DNA of 64,000 bases, from assembly GCA_003427395.1 (NCBI GenBank), contig BFEA01000004.1, positions 7,422,171 to 7,486,170 of the forward strand. Reading direction: 5' to 3'. The stretch comes from Chara braunii (Eukaryota > Plantae > Charophyceae). The notes beneath the pieces were generated by a model. That model had not been told where the DNA came from, made no database searches, and saw nothing but the letters and a program-made list of their open reading frames with translations. Positions 38,412 through 50,899 of this stretch are shown piece by piece (within the stretch, counting starts at the first letter, position 1; every line of letters starts with the position of its first letter). A program made the position numbers and the translations under genes.

Positions 38412-39141
38412 ATGCCCGGAAAAAAAAAACAAAAAACAATGATGAGTGCCTGAGGCCATAACGCTGAGTCCCTGAGTCCCCGAGGCCAGAGGCCTAGGGG
38501 TCCTTCGCTGCGAAACTGGGCAAAACGCGGTATTTTTGCTGGCAAACTATGGGCGTCGTTCGACACTCCTCGGGGACGCGATTCCGAGGATTCCATCAAC
38601 GTTCCACCTGTCCTCGGAGCCGATTTTCGGAACAGAAATGTGAAAACACTCCGAGGACAAATCCTCGGGCTTTGAGGATTTCCCAGCCAAATCGACCTCG
38701 GGTTCAAGGGACCTCGCGAGGTCCTTTGGAGCCCGAGGATCCGCGATTTTCGGGGTGTCGGCGTCACGAAGGGGCAACGGAGGTCGAAAGTGGTCCAGAG
38801 GTGGTCCGGAAGGCGGACATCCCGAGGCGTGGGCGTCCAAAAGGTCAAGTAACGGCCTCGTCGTTTTACCGTTGGTGGTGATCGTCGCGGGACGGCCCTG
38901 TCGGTTCGTCGGGTGCACCGGCGAGCATCGGACGTCTTTGGCCGGCTCCTGCAGTGGTCGTGCCGTTCCCGCGTGCTCCACAACGGTCGAAAAATACGTA
39001 TTTTGTAGGCGCCCTACTGGAGCCACCATGGAGATTGCATCAATTTCATTCGTTGGCGTCTTCCCTCTCGCACCGTTTGTCTCCGTTCGCCGCGCTTGCC
39101 CCCGTGCAAGCGCATCTTCTGTTTCTGCTGCCCTGTAGTGC

Positions 39142-40904
39142 ATGGCAGACCTGTACCGCAGGCTGCCTTTGCTGCTGCTCGCTGTTTTGCTGCTGCTCGC
39201 TGTTTTGCTGCTGCTTGCCGTTGTCGTCTTCCATATTTGCTGCCTCGTGCGCGTTCCAAGGAGGAAACAGACGCGGCGAAAGTCGAAGACGGCCAGGAAG
39301 ATGGAGAGGGTACAGACGAGGACCACGCTGTCCGTTGGGGCTGCGGGGTCGTCACGTCAGCGCTGCAGAAGTGCGGAAGCAGTCAGTCGGCCGTACGACC
39401 CCGTACTGTACAGCCACCTGCCGTCCCACGAGATACCGTTGCCTCCAAGTGACGATGACGGGGACGACCCACGATGTTCTACCCTTCCTCTGGGTAGCGG
39501 TTCGACTCAGGATTGGATGGGGAGCCAGCTGCACAGGCGGGCATCGATGACGACGTACACTGATCTGCTAGAGGGGCGTGCCCCGGCTGGTTATGACGCA
39601 GGACTGGTAGATCTCAGCTTCGGATTGAGGTCCGGAAGTGCCGAGGAGGCGACGCGCACCGTTATCGTGAACCCAGCTTCGGGCACCACCCACGCACCGC
39701 CTCCAGTGACAACGCGGACTGGGCAATCAGTTCCGTGTAGAACGACAACAGCAGGTGGCATAGTGGACGGACGACGCCCAAACGAAGAGTGGTCAGCAAC
39801 AGAGGTCGTTGGTCAAAAGTTTTGGGATGATCATCGGCGGCAATCGCGTGAAGCGAGCATGGCCGGCATAACGAGAGGGGTGGCGAAGATTAGCGTGGGG
39901 GCGGATGATATATTACGCGATGAAGACGGTGGAGTTGCGGAGGATTGCGAGGCGGACGACGGGGCCGGTAACGACGACGAGGAGGACGACGAGGACATGG
40001 AGATTCGTCCACTGGGGAGAAAGCGGGGGGGGTCGACGGCCGCGAAAAAGTTGCCTGAAACGCGCACGGGGTGGAGGGGGAAGAAGGGTGTGGAAGATGC
40101 GTCGGCTGGCGAGGGATCGAAAAGCCGGGATTTTTGGACCGTGGAGCACATGATTGCTCTCATCCGGGCAAAAAGAGACCAGGATTCGCATCTTCCCGGT
40201 CTCGCGCACACCACGGGAAGGATGAAGACGAAGACATGGAAGTGGGACGGCGTGGAGAAGAGGCTGGTGCACATGGGGGTCACGAGTAGAAAGGCCGTCG
40301 ATTGCGGGAAGAAATGGGACAACCTGTACCAGCAATTCAAAACCGTGCACAAGTTTATGGGAGAATCGGGGAAGCCAAATTTCTTCACACTGACGCCAGG
40401 CGAGAGGAAGGAGCGGGGGTTCAATTTTCGGATGGATGAGCGTGTGTATTCGGAGATGGCGGCGATGACCAGGAGCGATCACACCATACACCCCACCAAT
40501 CTCGCCGACACCGGTGCGACTGGAGGTGTTCAAATGCCGGGCCCACGCGGGGGTCGGAATGAATCNGGCGGTAGTGAGGGGGGCGGGGATGGACAGGACG
40601 ACGATCAGGGGTCCACGAAGGATTCTATCAGCGGCNGTGGTGTTGGCGGGGGCAGCAAACGGAAGAATGTGAGACAACAGACCTTCGACACGATTGCAGA
40701 CGTCATGAAGGAGCACGCGAGTCTGATGGCGTCAACCGTGGACAGCGCGAGCAAGAGACAGTGCTCAATTCTGACCAGGCAGTGCGACATTCTGGAGTGA
40801 GAGGTTGAAGTGCAGAAGGAACACTACTTTAAGGCCGACCAGGCGAACTTGATGATGTGCGAAACACTTATGGAGATTGCTAAAGCGATTCGCGAGCGAT
40901 CGTG
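39142..40904 (+). CDS. Harbinger Myb/SANT-like (trihelix) DNA-binding protein; in-frame TGA at 40798
   Basis: FWTVEHMIALIRAK...KWDGVEKRL...DCGKKWDNLYQQFK. The frame continues past the TGA to RERS*. The true start is uncertain. Confidence 0.8.
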
Positions 40905-41839
40905 ACATCTCCCTGCCACGCGTGCCGTCATTGTCTTGCGTGCTGCAGCGACGAGATGTGCTGGTTGTGTACAAACGACTGGTTGTTTTTTGGGCGCACA
41001 TTTTTTTTTTTTTTTTTAGGTATGCATTTATTTCATGATTTGATTGTAGAATGGGTATGATTGCTGTCATGCCCTGGGGCGCGTCCTTCGGTGTTGCGCT
41101 ACGTCGTCTGATTATAGAATATTAGGACTGTTGTAGTGAGGCGTCGCCGGCGCGCATGGATGGCGAGCTTCTTCACCAACAGCATCAACCGAACGCCGAG
41201 TACTGCAGACAACATGCATCATAGACGCTACATGTGGTGGACAGAAAACACGTGTCATGAAAAGACGGACAGCAGCTCGACGCACGACGGCGACCTCACA
41301 CAAATAAATGAAAAAATACAAATATCTTATAATTTGAAGCAACACCGCGATCCAAAGCACATGCGAAACAGAGGGGTGTCGACCTGCTCCGCGCCGCCAC
41401 TCGACAAGCTCCGAAAAACCCCTCCCCCCCCTCTCCCCCCCTTCCCTTTTTCCCATCCTTATGCCCACGGATTTGCGCGGGAACACCGCCGCGGCAAGGG
41501 ACATCAATGAACAACGAAAAAAATAACAGCGACGTCACTGCCGATCACCTACGACAATTGAGCCGCTTCACTGCCGATCACCCACGATGAGGAGAAGCAC
41601 ACTACCGTCGACTACAACAACAAGCACCTACAAATGAGCCGTCCGCTGCTGCAGACCCTGTGAGATAACTCTGCGCGTATTCACGAATGACGCAAGCGCT
41701 GCGACTTGACGACGGAGGCACACGGCTTCTGTCTATGCACGCGAGGCGGAGTGGCGTGACACGCACGATCAGATGTGTTTCATCCGCTCCGCAAGGGCAT
41801 TGCGGAGCACGTGTGCGGCGTCCGTCGATGTCAGCATCG

Positions 41840-43154
41840 TCACTGGCTGCGGTGGACGATGAATCCCCAATCCACTCGCCACCTCACCCTGTTCTCGTCG
41901 ACCTCCCTCAACAAGTTCTCGTCGAACTCGATCCCAGCATCGAGCAGGATGTTGTGGAGAATGCAGACGGCCGTGAACTGCTGCGGTAGAGTGTCCAAGT
42001 TCGTCTTGTGCGACCGCAGGAAGAGCCTCCACATCCCCTTCAACCTCCCGAACGCCCTCTCCACAGCACCTCTAGCGACCTTCTATTTGTTGTCGAACCT
42101 TTCCTCGTCCGGGTGCTGATTGATTCCTCCGTACGGCACCACTATCCATTCCGAAGGACGATACCCGTTGTCACCCAAGATGTATCCGTTCGTCCTCACC
42201 CCTCCCGGCAGCGTCACAGGCGGCCCGCGAAAAAGCGTTCCCTCTTCCGCGCGCCTCGACAGACTTGACAGCTGAATCACCCGAATGTCGTGGCAGCTGC
42301 CCGGTGTAGCCAACGAAGACGTCAAGCACACGCAGATCCAGGTCCACCACCACCTGCGCAACGACGGAGAAACGGTGCTTGCGGTCGAAGTAGTTCTCGC
42401 TCAGAGCGTTCGCCGGTTTGTCCACGTAGATGTGTGTGCAGTCAACTGCGCCATGGCAGTTGGGAAAGCCCTTGTCTTGAAGTGCCTGTAGCACCACGTG
42501 TTTACGCACCCCTGTCGGCCACGATATCTTGTCCCCGTAGACCCGCAGCAACACGACTGTCACATCGCGCACGGCTCGAACTCCGGATGCTCGGCCAATG
42601 CAGAACGATGATGTGCTGTTGTCGTACGACTCTCCTGTTGCCCACCTATACATCACGTACGCGACGATCTGATCCGGCTGAAGCGGCTCCCTGTAGAACG
42701 TGACCTGTCGTTGCAAATGAGGCGCACAGGCTTCGGTGATCTCCATGAACACTCTCCTCGACATGCGGAGCTTTTCCCGGAAGTAGTCATCCGTCGCGTC
42801 GTCGCACNCCCGCAAATCCTCCCAAGTCCCGCCAGTTCTCCGCCTCATCCACCAACGTGGCGTCGCCCTGGGAAGCACACCGGAGCCGATTGCAGCGCAC
42901 AGCTGAACCACGGCCTCCGAAGTCATGATGCAGTCCGGGGCGTCCAACACCGTCTGCAGCAGAAGCCTGTGTCGCCGCCTGGAAAGCGCTGCCTTCATGC
43001 GGCCCGCCGCCCTCTCCGCTTCGTATCGACGGACTACGGCAACGGCTGCCGCCGCGACAGCTGTCCTCTCCGTCGGCGACAGCACAGCACGCCCACCCCC
43101 ATCACATCCCTCCATTCGCGCACGTCCACGAGGAAGAGCAACGTCCACCGCCAC
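41840..43154 (-). pseudogene. Harbinger DDE transposase (HARBI1/DDE_Tnp_4 type), frameshifted
   Basis: LRMSRRVF, GAVDCTHI, G.PGSCHD, LGDNGY and VERAFGRLKG spread over three frames. Confidence 0.9.
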
Positions 43155-44213
43155 CCACCTGCGCGAATCAACGTCCAGGGCGACGATCGAAGACGCCTAC
43201 AACGAGGTGTTGAAGACAGGCGAGATGACAAAACGTACACCGCGATGGGAGCGTTCGTCCTCCGTCCCTGAACCACGGAAGCGCCGCCCGCATGCACGTG
43301 GCGAGCGCAGGAGAGGAAACAGATGATTCGTTTTGCCCGCGACGAACACACTGCACACGGTGGTGACGCGGTGCCGCTGAAGTACGAAACGCGACGTCAA
43401 GCATGCGCGCCCGTCCCCCAGTCGACGTGCCCTTCCGCCTGTGCGCCGCCACACCGTCGTTCCGCGCGGAGAAATTTCGAATTTCGAAATTCGAACGGGG
43501 CCGTTCCCGCGTTCGCAATTCTTTTTTTTTCCACGGCCCGTGACGTTTTGCCGCCGTCCGGCTGGTGGACCAGCGCGCCTCGCACACGGACATCCCGAAT
43601 CGGAGGTCGGACAACACCCTCGCGGCCGTCGATAATCTCATGAAACTGGCCGCAGGACGGCCCCGAGGACGCATTCTCGGGGCTACTCTCGGAGGACAGG
43701 TGGAACGACGCCTACAAAAATAAAAAAAACTCCGAGGATTCGTCCTGCTCCGAGGAGTGTCGAACGACGCCCTATGGGAACCCGATAAAGCTGCAACGAA
43801 ACCTCTATTTTCGCAAAGGAAACTTCGAACCGACGACATTTTTGCTGCCNNNNNNNNNNNNNNNNNNNNNNNNNNNNNNNNNNNNNNNNNNNNNNNNNNN
43901 NNNNNNNNNNNNNNNNNNNNNNNNNNNNNNNNNNNNNNNNNNNNNNNNNNNNNNNNNNNNNNNNNNNNNNNNNNNNNNNNNNNTTTCGGAACACGAGTTA
44001 GGAGGTCACCTTTTCCTTTTTTTTTTTTTTTTCCCGTTTATTCGTTTTGCCATGCCATTGGCAACAGCGATGCCAGCTAATACAGTTATGTAGTCCAGTG
44101 AAGTTTTTTTTTTTTTTTTTTTTCCCCCCCAAGTGAACAAATTGGTAATGACGAAGTCAATTGTAGCCTAGTAATCAGTAGCGAAGGCTTGTTCTCAAAA
44201 AATAATTATACAC

Positions 44214-44285
44214 TGGACCATTTCTCGATCTGTGCGTGTGTTTGCTAAAACACCTGCGGATTAGCCAAAAGGCCGCGAAAGGTAT
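44214..44285 (-). pseudogene. U2(5')-U6(3') chimeric snRNA retrocopy
   Basis: Minus strand: atacctttcgcggccttttggctaa (U2 nt 1-25) + tccgcaggtgttttagcaaac + acacgcacagatcgagaaatggtcca (U6 3' end). Confidence 0.75.
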
Positions 44286-44310
44286 TGAACAAAAAATAAA
44301 TAAAAAAAAT

Positions 44311-44888
44311 GGGGGAGGTCCCCACTAGCAAAGAGATTGGATTTGACGCCTGAATCTGGGGGTATTTTATGCAGAGGTGCAGAAAGCAGATCAGTTGCTG
44401 TTTTCTGCACCTCTCTACAAACACGTCCAGATTCGCGTGCGTAATCCAGCCCTCCTTGGTAGTGGAGCTTTGCCCTTGCCCATATCTTTCGTTCTCCGTT
44501 CACCTCTTTTCTTTTTTTTTCTTTTTTTGCGCTCAGCTTTTTCGCCATCTCCTTGTTCCTGCTGTCAGTTTTCTCCCGTGCTGTGGGTCTCGCTGCACCA
44601 CTCACCACTCACCACATGCAGAAAAGACATATGTTATTCACCACATGCAGAAAAGACATATGTTATGGCCGTGTATCTTTCCATTTCTAGTGGAAAGATT
44701 CATTCTCATTTCTCACATCTGGGGCGTGGTCCCACTAGCAAAGAGGATCGGATCGAATGCCTGAATCTGGACGAGGTTATGGAGATGTGCAGGAAATCGA
44801 GATTGAACTGCTGTTCTGCATCTCTGCATAAAACACATCCAGATTCAGGAGCTCGATCCTATCCTTTTTGCTAGTGGGACCTCGGCCC
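44311..44888. mobile_element. Two copies of Tourist-like MITE family B (44311-44475, 44722-44888)
   Basis: gggc..ggtcccactagcaaa...tttgctagtgggacc..gccc palindromes. Confidence 0.7.
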
Positions 44889-45587
44889 TGGTGAGTGGTT
44901 GAGGGACGCCCTAGTTGGTACCTGCGCTCTTGAGGTGAGATGTCAACTGCCCCNCCCTGAAGGTGTACATTAAAAAAAAAAAAGGAAAAAAAAGAAGAAA
45001 AAAAAAGAGTAGTGAACATCACAAGGAATCAACTCCGAGCCATCTTCGATTTCCCGCACTAAACCCAAAACACGACTCCATGCTCACGGGGGGGGAAAGC
45101 ATCTCCATCGTCCGCCCTGTGTCGCCCTGTCGCACGCCATGGAAAAGCCGTCGCTGAGCTACCTCAACGGCGTAAGTCGGACTTGGCCCCCGACCGGTTT
45201 CTCCAGGCCTTTTCGTGTTTTTTTTTTTTTTTTTCCGTTGTGTTTTTCTTTTTTCATTTTTTTCTCTGCATAAGCTGAGGATGACTCGAGAGGCCTGCAC
45301 CTGCAGACAGCTTATCCCGTCTCGCCCCTACGACTCGGCTTTTTTTTTTTGGATTGTTTTCAAATTGGCGGTTTTGGTTAGAAGTCCATAATCATTATGT
45401 TGGCTCGGAGTCCGTGCATTGACCGGCGGTCACCGGCCGTTGACTTCGCCTCTCGGTTGTCTTTTTCGACACCGTCTACCTAGGTAGTCTGATCTGCTAT
45501 TGGTCCTGCCTTTCTTTCCTCCTTTCTTCTTTTTTTTTTTTTTTTTTTTTTTCCTTTCTGGTTTTTGCTTTTTTCAGTTTTTCTGCT

Positions 45588-45627
<40 letters not shown>

Positions 45628-46599
45628 TCTTGTTAATTTTTNNNNNNNNNNNNNNNNNNNNNNNNNNNNNNNNNNNNNNNNNNNNNNNNNNNNNNNNNNN
45701 NNNNNNNNNNNNNNNNNNNNNNNNNNNNNNNNNNNNNNNNNNNNNNNNNNNNNNNNNNNNNNNNNNNNNNNNNNNNNNNNNNNNNNNNNNNNNNNNNNNN
45801 NNNNNNNNNNNNNNNNNNNNNNNNNNNNCTTGTCCTTCCCTCCGGCGTCTTAGGTTTCTTCTTTTCTTTTCTTTTCTGCTGTTTTTGAATTATTGGATGT
45901 GTTTTCTTTCTTTGATGTTGTGTAGAATGCTTTTTTTTTTTTTTTTTTTTTTTCCCATTATAGGTTCCCCGATGTTCGAAGCGCGCCGAGCGGAACAGGA
46001 GGCCGCCGGAGTATCTAGTAGGAAATTTCTCGACAAAAGTCTGCCTTAAGCCTGTAGCTGGCGTTGCTATTCTCCTCCGCCTTGAGCTGGAGTTAGGGCC
46101 TTGCTACGCTACACAGCGCTCTGTACTACGCATCTGGACCGCCTCGGAATGCACCTGGTCCAGAAGGATGTCCAAATGCATGCAGAATGTTGAGTTGTGG
46201 AACTAGGACCTTACTCTTCTCTTCTGCCTTAAGCTCCTGGTGTTGCTATAATACACTAACGACGCATTCATTAGGATTTTGTTCGTTTCTTTTTTTTTTT
46301 CCCAATTAAGAAGGTAAGCACGAGTTGGAATTGCTCCACATTCGTCCCTCGTGCAATGAACCCAATCTCGTCAGACAATCGTGTCGCAGATAACAATGTC
46401 ACGCAAATTGACGCAATGTCGTGAGATAATCAACCCAGCAAATTGACGCAAATCGAAGTCATTGAAGTACTTGTTTCTTCATTTAATTTACCACGTGTTT
46501 GTTTTGTCTCACAGTCCACAATATCCAGAAAAGGAGAGGAGGGGAGAATAGACAGTTGGAAGAAGAAGTGTAATGCCCTCTTCTCCTTCAGGCTCCCTG

Positions 46600-47120
46600 C
46601 CTCTGCCATGCCAGCAATCTGTACTCAATGCGCCACGTCAGGCTCGTCAGCAATATGCACTCAAGGTTCCACGTTAGCACTTCGTACTCAATATGCCGCG
46701 TCGGCATCAGCAATATGCATACAATGTGCATATTCAACAATATGCACTCAATGTGCCACGTCAGCACTTTGTGTAACACATGGACGATGTGGAAGCATCC
46801 CCTCACACATAAACCATCCTCCAACAGCAAGCAGAATCGGCAGCAGCGTCACATCTGAAGAAACCAGGGATGTACGCTTGACGACTCACATAACCCACAC
46901 TCTCTCTCTCCCTCTCCTCATTCCCTCGCCGTCGTCTTCTACCGTAGCTGCAAGGCTGCCCTCTCCCTATATCACTACTATGATATCTGGCTTGCACCCA
47001 TCCAGGAGTCCGGCGCCAGCATCTTCTCTCAAGTCTTAGCCGCCCTCTCCGTATCTCACTACCATGATATCTGGCTGGCACCCATCCAGGAGTCTGGCGC
47101 CAGCATCTCCTCTCCAGTCT
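46600..47120. repeat. Degenerate tandem repeats (about 33-bp units, then two copies of about 84 bp)
   Basis: gccacgtcagcac / caatatgcactcaa units. ccctctcc.tatctcactac.atgatatctggct.gcacccatccaggagtc occurs twice. Confidence 0.7.
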
Positions 47121-47479
47121 CATGCGCAGATTCGTAGCAGCGAGCCACTCGCAAGACTGAATGCCCAAGCACTGGCGACTCTGGCGAGGTCAACTTAATA
47201 TAGTGTTGACTTGCCTGTCCTCTGCAGACCTGAGACCACTGTTAGATCATTCCAGATCGACGGCTAGGAAAATCTTCTGTGCTGACTTTGACTTCTGGGA
47301 TCTGGGCCTGGGTCCACGAGCTGACTGCTGACTTTTCGGTCAACTGTCGGCCTGGGCCTTTTCTGAGGCCTGTTTGACCCCTCTATTTTCAAGCCTGCCC
47401 GTTTGTGCTTGTCTGGGGGGCGGCCAGGACCCAGCGGGTCAATTTGGCACACGAGTTAGTACAGCATTCGTACAGCATT

Positions 47480-47561
47480 GGTGACATGGGTTAAAATTAG
47501 AGAACATTACCATGGCGCCAGCGCAAGGAAGACACACATAAATCGAGAAACGGTCCAAATT
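47480..47561 (+). pseudogene. U6: Decayed near-full-length U6 copy with a 10-nt deletion
   Basis: gacatgggttaaaatt-agagaacattaccatggcgccagcgcaaggaagacacacataaatcgagaaacggtccaaatt. Confidence 0.75.
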
Positions 47562-47779
47562 ATATATATAAAAAAAGCTCGACATACTATTGAAAAAAAG
47601 AAAAAAAAGAAAAATTGATCAACATATTTATTGCAGCCTCCGGCCGGTGCTGGCAGTGGTTTTGGTGGCAGGTGGATGGAACCCCCACGTGAAATAGCAA
47701 AAAGACAAATTCACCGCTGTAAGCACTCCCCTGGACGCCTGCGAGCCCTGCGGCAGATCATCAGGCAGGTGCAAATTCA

Positions 47780-48095
47780 GCACTATCAAAACAGTTTAAA
47801 CAGCCGTGAAAATTTACCGGTAAGTTAGTAACAAAATGAGTCAAATGACCACTTCACCACTATTGGAACAGCCATGAAAAATTAATTACCACTATCAAAA
47901 CAGCCGTGAAAATTTACCGGTAAGTTAGTAACAAAATGACCACGTCACCACTAATATCCGAAAAGCCATGAAAAATTAATTACCATTATCAAAACAGCCG
48001 TGAAAATTTACCGGTAAGTTGGTAACAAAATGACCACTTCACCACTATCGGAAAAGCCATGAAAAATTAATTACCACTATCAGAATGACCACTTT
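47780..48095. repeat. Tandem repeat of about 90 bp x3-4
   Basis: cagccgtgaaaatttaccggtaagttagtaacaaaatgaccac repeated. Confidence 0.85.
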
Positions 48096-48145
48096 ACGAC
48101 AATCAGGACAGCGGTGGTTTTTATTATTATTATTATTATATATCT

Positions 48146-48183
<38 letters not shown>

Positions 48184-50368
48184 CCCCTCCTATTCTGGGG
48201 GCCACCAATCCTGTTGCTTATCACCGGAAAGCAGAAAACAAAGCTGTTGACATTAAAACAAATCAGTCTGGGGCGTAGGGATAGCTTTGATTTTTTTTTC
48301 CCTTTTCTTTTTCCGAGAAATTTTACCAGTATCAAAATGACCACTTTGCCACTAAGAGAACAGCGGTGAAAATTTACCACCATCAGAAAAACCGTGAAAA
48401 TTTTCCACTAACAACCTGAAGGCCCAGCTAGGGGTATTGGCGGTTTTTAAAAACTAATTGACCGTTATTTGAGGCTAACGTCTTGGCAAAAAAAAGAAAA
48501 AAGAAAAGGCTAAGGTCGTGGGCTAGGCTACCAGAGTGGCCCGGGGTCACTTGCCCGCCCGGGGCAAAAACATTATATATTTGGTGAAGAATGTCGATGT
48601 GACCCTGAGGTACAGGTTGTTCAGTTCATTTTTCTGCATAACATAGTTTTTTTTGTGGATTTTTTGGAGTTTTTTTTGTTTTTTCTTTCTTTTGCTGGGA
48701 CCTTCCCTGGTCCTTGCACGGGCTGGCCACCTGGAACCCGGGCGGCCCGGCTGGTAGCCCAGGTCGTGGGAAAAAAAAAAGAAAAAAAGGCTAAGGTCAT
48801 GATAGGAAAAAAAAAAAGAAAAAAAAAAGAGGCTAAGGCTTCAAGTGCAGGTCGCCCAAAGAGTGATATGGAGGAGGAATAGAGAAGAGCGAGGCCAACA
48901 CTGTGTGACCATGAATAGGAAGATCTGAAAAACAACTTCTTCATAGATGAGAACACAACCTTGAGTGGAGAATGACAGGTAGAAATGCAGAGTGAAAAAC
49001 AACCTGAGGCCTGCAGCTCAGACAAGGACTTTTTCGAAAGAGCTGTGGACGCAATTACGGTCAGATGCATACGGGTCTGACCGTAACTGCTGTCCGGTAC
49101 GTTGGGGAAAGTGCTAGTGTAGTAGTGTGAGTTGTTGGGGAATCTATGTGGAAGTCACAAAAAGAGTTTGAAAATAGACTAAAATACACTTCGGGCAAAA
49201 AACAGTTTCAAATTTGTCGGGCCCGTTTCCTGGTTTTATAATGCAAAGAATGCCACCTTGTTTAAAAAAAACAGTTTCAAATTGCACTTGGGCCTATGTA
49301 TACAAGGTAGCTTTCCGGTCTGGTAGGGTTGCCTGTATGGTCGGGGGAATGCCTGAAGTGTAATTTCAAACTGTTTCTGTGACTCAGTGACTGTACTGAA
49401 GTTCGCTTAAGTAAAATTATACCAGAATTACCCTGAACTACCCAGGGCGGGCCATACCTCAAGGCCGTCACCCTTAAGAAATAATTAAAAACATAAAAAA
49501 TGGTGATGGATGAGAAGATTGAATGAATTGGAACGATAGGGGGAAGATCACCATGTCTGTATTCGAGAATACCTTCGATGTAAGGGACAATCATCAAGGT
49601 CGACTTTCACTCCTCACAGCGATCGAGAGATACAAGCCGAAGCGATTAATGTTGACAACCATGAAAAAGGAGAAAGAAGCAGAAGAAGAATAGTGAAAAA
49701 CAGTGGCCATAGACTGCTTCTCGCATACGCATCGACAAGATATTTCAATACTTCTCCCCATGTACAGTTCTCAGTTGAAAAACGCACAAATTCCCCGACG
49801 CGTTCTCTTGGGCCCGGGCTGCGCTCCTGGCACTCCTCCTCAAGGGGCTTCTCCCCACATCCGCCTTCTGGGACCACCACCCGACTTGCCGACCAGTCTG
49901 AGAATAGAGGGCCGACGGCTTTGCCCTCAAGACATACTGTTCCTCTATCTACCGGCGTAGTCACACACGCTTGTCTTCGCCTACTGCGTCAGACTCCGTC
50001 AGTCAATTACGTATGGGCGGGATGGCCCGTGAAATTTGAATTCGAAATTCGTAGAGTCAGTGACGTACCGGCGGTATGGCCCGTGAAATTTGAATTCGAA
50101 ATTCGGAGTGTCACAACCTGCCGCTTACTGCCCGCTAAACGGCGCGCCATGTTCCTCTTCACAATAGTGGGGGCACTACCCGGTTAGTAGATAGCCAGGA
50201 TTTCCACGGAAAAGGAAAACAATAGTTTGGGGACTACCGTGCACACCCGCATCTCACGAAATTCCAAGCTTGACATGTAGTACTGGTCAGTTCAATAGCC
50301 TTTCAATGTCAATCGTATTAATAATAATCCTAGGCTATTGATTTCCGTCCTGCATTGGTACTACTAGA

Positions 50369-50434
50369 TCCGAAAATACAGTAGGGCTAAATCCGAAAAT
50401 ACAGTAGGGCTAAATCCGAAAATACAGTAGGGCT
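50369..50434. repeat. 23-bp tandem repeat x3
   Basis: tccgaaaatacagtagggctaaa repeated. Confidence 0.9.
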
Positions 50435-50899
50435 CAGACCTAGCCCGTGTGACCAGCAGACAGAATTTGAAATATGCTACAAACAGTACCAAACTACTAA
50501 AAGTCCCGATTTTAAGTCCGAAATACAAAGAAATAAAAAAGAAAGCCTTTAACAACCTGCTAATACTCCCGATTTTGAAGTCCGAAAAAACAGTGCAGTA
50601 CAAAATTTCACAAAACCAAAATAACGATGGAACGGGCAGAATAAACATACCAGCCAGTGGCACTACTCGTCCGTTTTGCAGGCAGAACCAGTGATCCCCG
50701 TAGCAGAAATATCGTGATTTCCAAGCGTTCTTTTAGGTCTACTACAAACCTATGATCTATTTGCTACCACGCAGGTTCGACCGCAGCGAGGTACTAACGC
50801 AGGGCTGTAAAATTAGGGTCTGTAGAGAAGATGGATTACATTATCACTAGTGATTGATCGCCGTTCCAGCGTTACAAACACTCAAGTAGCCTTTTCCAA

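Larger units (their letters stand above)
38551..43772. mobile_element. Full-length PIF/Harbinger DNA transposon
   Basis: 23-bp TIR GGGCGTCGTTCGACACTCCTCGG at both ends, 3-bp TSD TAT, two convergent ORFs. Confidence 0.93.
38053..43849. mobile_element. Fold-back element with about 170-bp inverted arms, right arm split by the Harbinger
   Basis: 38053-38222 is the reverse-complement homolog of 38442-38550 joined to 43776-43849. Confidence 0.75.

Noticed and set aside
39831-43326. Antisense ORFs over the Harbinger genes
   Set aside because: Shadow ORFs of GC-rich coding sequence with no motifs.
44178-44200. 7SL helix-6-like agcgaaggcttg
   Set aside because: A short match with no other SRP RNA features.
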